Shown here piece after piece: positions 61,446 through 64,000 of a DNA stretch of 64,000 nt. How positions within the stretch are numbered: the first letter of the stretch is position 1; each line of letters starts with the position of its first letter. Under the pieces are notes generated by a model. That model saw only the letters and a program-made list of their open reading frames with translations, did not search any database and had not been told where the DNA came from. Origin of the DNA: Mobula hypostoma (Eukaryota); contig NC_086097.1 of NCBI RefSeq assembly GCF_963921235.1, forward strand, positions 96,598,001 through 96,662,000, given 5' to 3'. Made by a program: the position numbers and the translations under genes.

Positions 61446-64000
61446 TAAGTCCCTTTGCACTCTGATGTTTGAATTTTCTCCCCATTTAGATAATAGTCTG
61501 CATTACTGTTCCTTTTACCAAAATGCATTGTCATACATTTCCCAACACTGTATTCCATCTGCCACTTTTTTGCCCATTCTTTCAATTTGTCTAAGTCCTG
61601 TTGCAATCACATTGCTTCCTCAGCACTACCTATCCCTCCACCTATCTTCATAACATCTGCAAACTTTACCACAAAGCCATCAATTCCATTATCCAAATCA
61701 TTGACAACAATGTGAAAAGTAGTGGTCCTAATACTGACCCCCAAGGAACACCACTAGTCAGTAGCAGCTAACCAGAAAAGGCCCCTTTTATTATCACACA
61801 CTACCTCCACCTGTCAGCCATTCCTCTATCCATGCCAGTATGTTTCCTGTAACACCACAGGATTTTATCTTGCTCAGCATGTGAGACACTTTATCACATG
61901 CCTTCTGAAAATCTAAATAAATGACATCCACTACCTCTCCTTTGTCCACTTTGCTTGTTACTTCCTCGAAGAATTATAACATATTTGTCAGGCAAGACTT
62001 CCCTTTACAGAAACCATGCTGACTTTGACTTATTTTAGCACTAGTCTCCAAGTACCCTGAAATCTTGTCCTTAATAATGGACTCCAACACTTTCCCAACC
62101 ACTGAGGTTAGCTTAACTGGCCTATAATTTCCTCTCTTTTGTCTTCCTCCCTTGTTAAAGAGTGGAGTGGCATTTGCAATCTTCCAGTCCTCCAGGACCA
62201 TGCCAGAATGAAGTGATCCTTAAAAGATCATGACCAGTGCATCTGTTATCTCTTCAGCACCCTCTCTCAGGACTCTGGGAGCTAGTCCATCTGGTCCAGG
62301 TAACTTATCCACCTTAAGACCTTTGAGTTTGCTTAACACTTTTTCATTTATAATAGCAATGGCACTTACTCCTGCTCCCTGACACTCACAGACCTCTGGC
62401 ATATATCTCGTGTCTTCCACAGTAAAGACTGAATCAAAGTACTTATTAAGTTCATCTGCCATTTCTTTGTCCCCCATTACTATCTCACCAGCATCATTTT
62501 CCAGTGGTCTCATCAACTCTCACCTCCCTTTTATTCTTTATATAACTGAAAAAAAATTAGTATCCTGCTTTATATTATCAGCTGGCTTTTCTCTTTTCTC
62601 TTCTTATACCTTTTTTAGTTGTCTTTTGTTGGATTTTAAAAGCTTTCTAATCATCCAACTACCCACCCACTTTTGTTACCTTATATGCCCTTTCCTTGGC
62701 TTTTATGCAGTTCTTAACTTCCCTCGTCAAACACAGTTGCCTAGCCCTGCCATTTGAGAACTTATGTGGGGCATAAGTATCCTGCGCCATGTGAACTAAT
62801 CCCAGAAACTTCAGCCATCTCTGCTCTCCCATCATCCCCATCAGTATCCTCCAATCCACATGGGAAGCTCCTCTCTCATGCCTCTGTAATTCCCTTTATT
62901 TCATTGTGATACTGGTACACGTAACTTATGCTACTCCCTCTCAAACTGCAGTATGAATTCAATCATATTATGATCACTATCCCCTAAGGGTTCCTTTACA
63001 TTAAGCTGACTAATAAGATCTGGATTATTACAGAAAATCTAAGATGGCCTTTCCCTGAGTAGGCTCAAGCACAAGCTGCTCTAAAAAGTCATCTTATAGG
63101 CATTCAACAAATACCCTCTCTTGCAATCTGACACCACTCTAATATGCCCAATCTCCTTGCATATTGAAGTCCCCCATTACAATTGTGACATTACCCTATT
63201 ACATGCTCTTTGCAGCTCTCTTTGCAATCCCAAACCCACATTTTGGCTACTATTTGGAGGCCTATATATGATTCTCATAACGTTTTTTAAAAAAATCCTT
63301 GCAGTCTCTTAACTCCACCTGCAAAGATTTGACATTCTCTGACCCTATGTCACCTCTTACTAAAGATGTAATTCCATCTCCTACTAATAGAGCACATCAC
63401 TGCCTTTAATGTTAAACTCCCAACTATGGCCTTCTTTCAGCCACAGTTCAGTGACACCCACAAAGTCATACCAAACAATCTATAATTATGCCATGAATTC
63501 GTCCACCTTATTCTAAATGCTACGCACATTTAAATACAGCACCTTCAGTCCTGCATTGTTTGCCCATATGAATTTTGCCTCTGTGGTACATCTTAACTCT
63601 TTGCTCTGTCTGTAGTTGTACCCAATCACTGGCTTGTCCTTCCGTACATTCATATTACATATGACATAATCTACCTGTAAACCTGCTGGCTCATCCTCAG
63701 CTCTACAATACTGGTCCCAATCCCCCTTCCATATCAGTTTCAACCACTCCTAACCTCATCAGTCATTGCTTCTGTTGCTTTCTCTCACATACTCAATAGG
63801 ATTCCTTTCAAATACTTGTCTGAGTTCAAGTGATTGCCTTTGTTTGTATTTGTGCCACTGCGAGTGGTTCCCAACATCTGAACATATAGCAAGACCTATA
63901 CTGGGATTTCAATATAACTGACTTTAAAGTAGTAAATTAAACATACATAATGCATATATTCTTAATGATTATTGGGAAGGGACCCAGACATCATACTCCT

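Larger units (their letters stand above)
60050..63750 (-). mobile_element. Long, degraded CR1 (endonuclease and RT) carrying a nested MITE and solo LTR
   Basis: LKVLYLNVRSI (endonuclease start), KLPGPDGLAPRVL, EDWKIANATPLF..GNYRPVKLTS, QHGFCKGKSCLTN. Confidence 0.88.

Noticed and set aside
42380..64000. Penultimate DNAJC17 exon (expected NPLKISWLEG-like motif)
   Set aside because: Not found by eye; it probably lies beyond the window end.

Overview
Eukaryotic, repeat-dense vertebrate DNA. The repeat set (CR1, Rex1/Babar, L2, Penelope-like, HE1/V-type SINE) suggests a cartilaginous fish, probably a ray; this is an inference. The ORF track misses both host genes because their exons are small. 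One is a complete three-exon GCHFR on + (12951-12986, 28997-29091, 39341-39476; 88 aa) with a CpG-rich promoter. The other is the last coding exon of DNAJC17 on - (42272-42379), tail to tail with GCHFR as in human. Most of the rest is nested mobile DNA. The most notable structures are: (1) a young L1 with an intact ORF2 between two near-identical 1864-bp direct repeats that behave like a giant target-site duplication (TSD); (2) a Penelope-like element plus two ~220-bp palindromic mini-insertions, each with a 13-bp TSD and a minimal hammerhead-ribozyme motif, which in the two minis lies at the fold-back point; (3) an internally deleted SCAN-Gag, Gmr1-type Gypsy element with both LTRs; (4) a solo LTR flanked by a 150-bp duplication. 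All calls were made by eye without database searches. Boundaries of old, degraded repeats are approximate.
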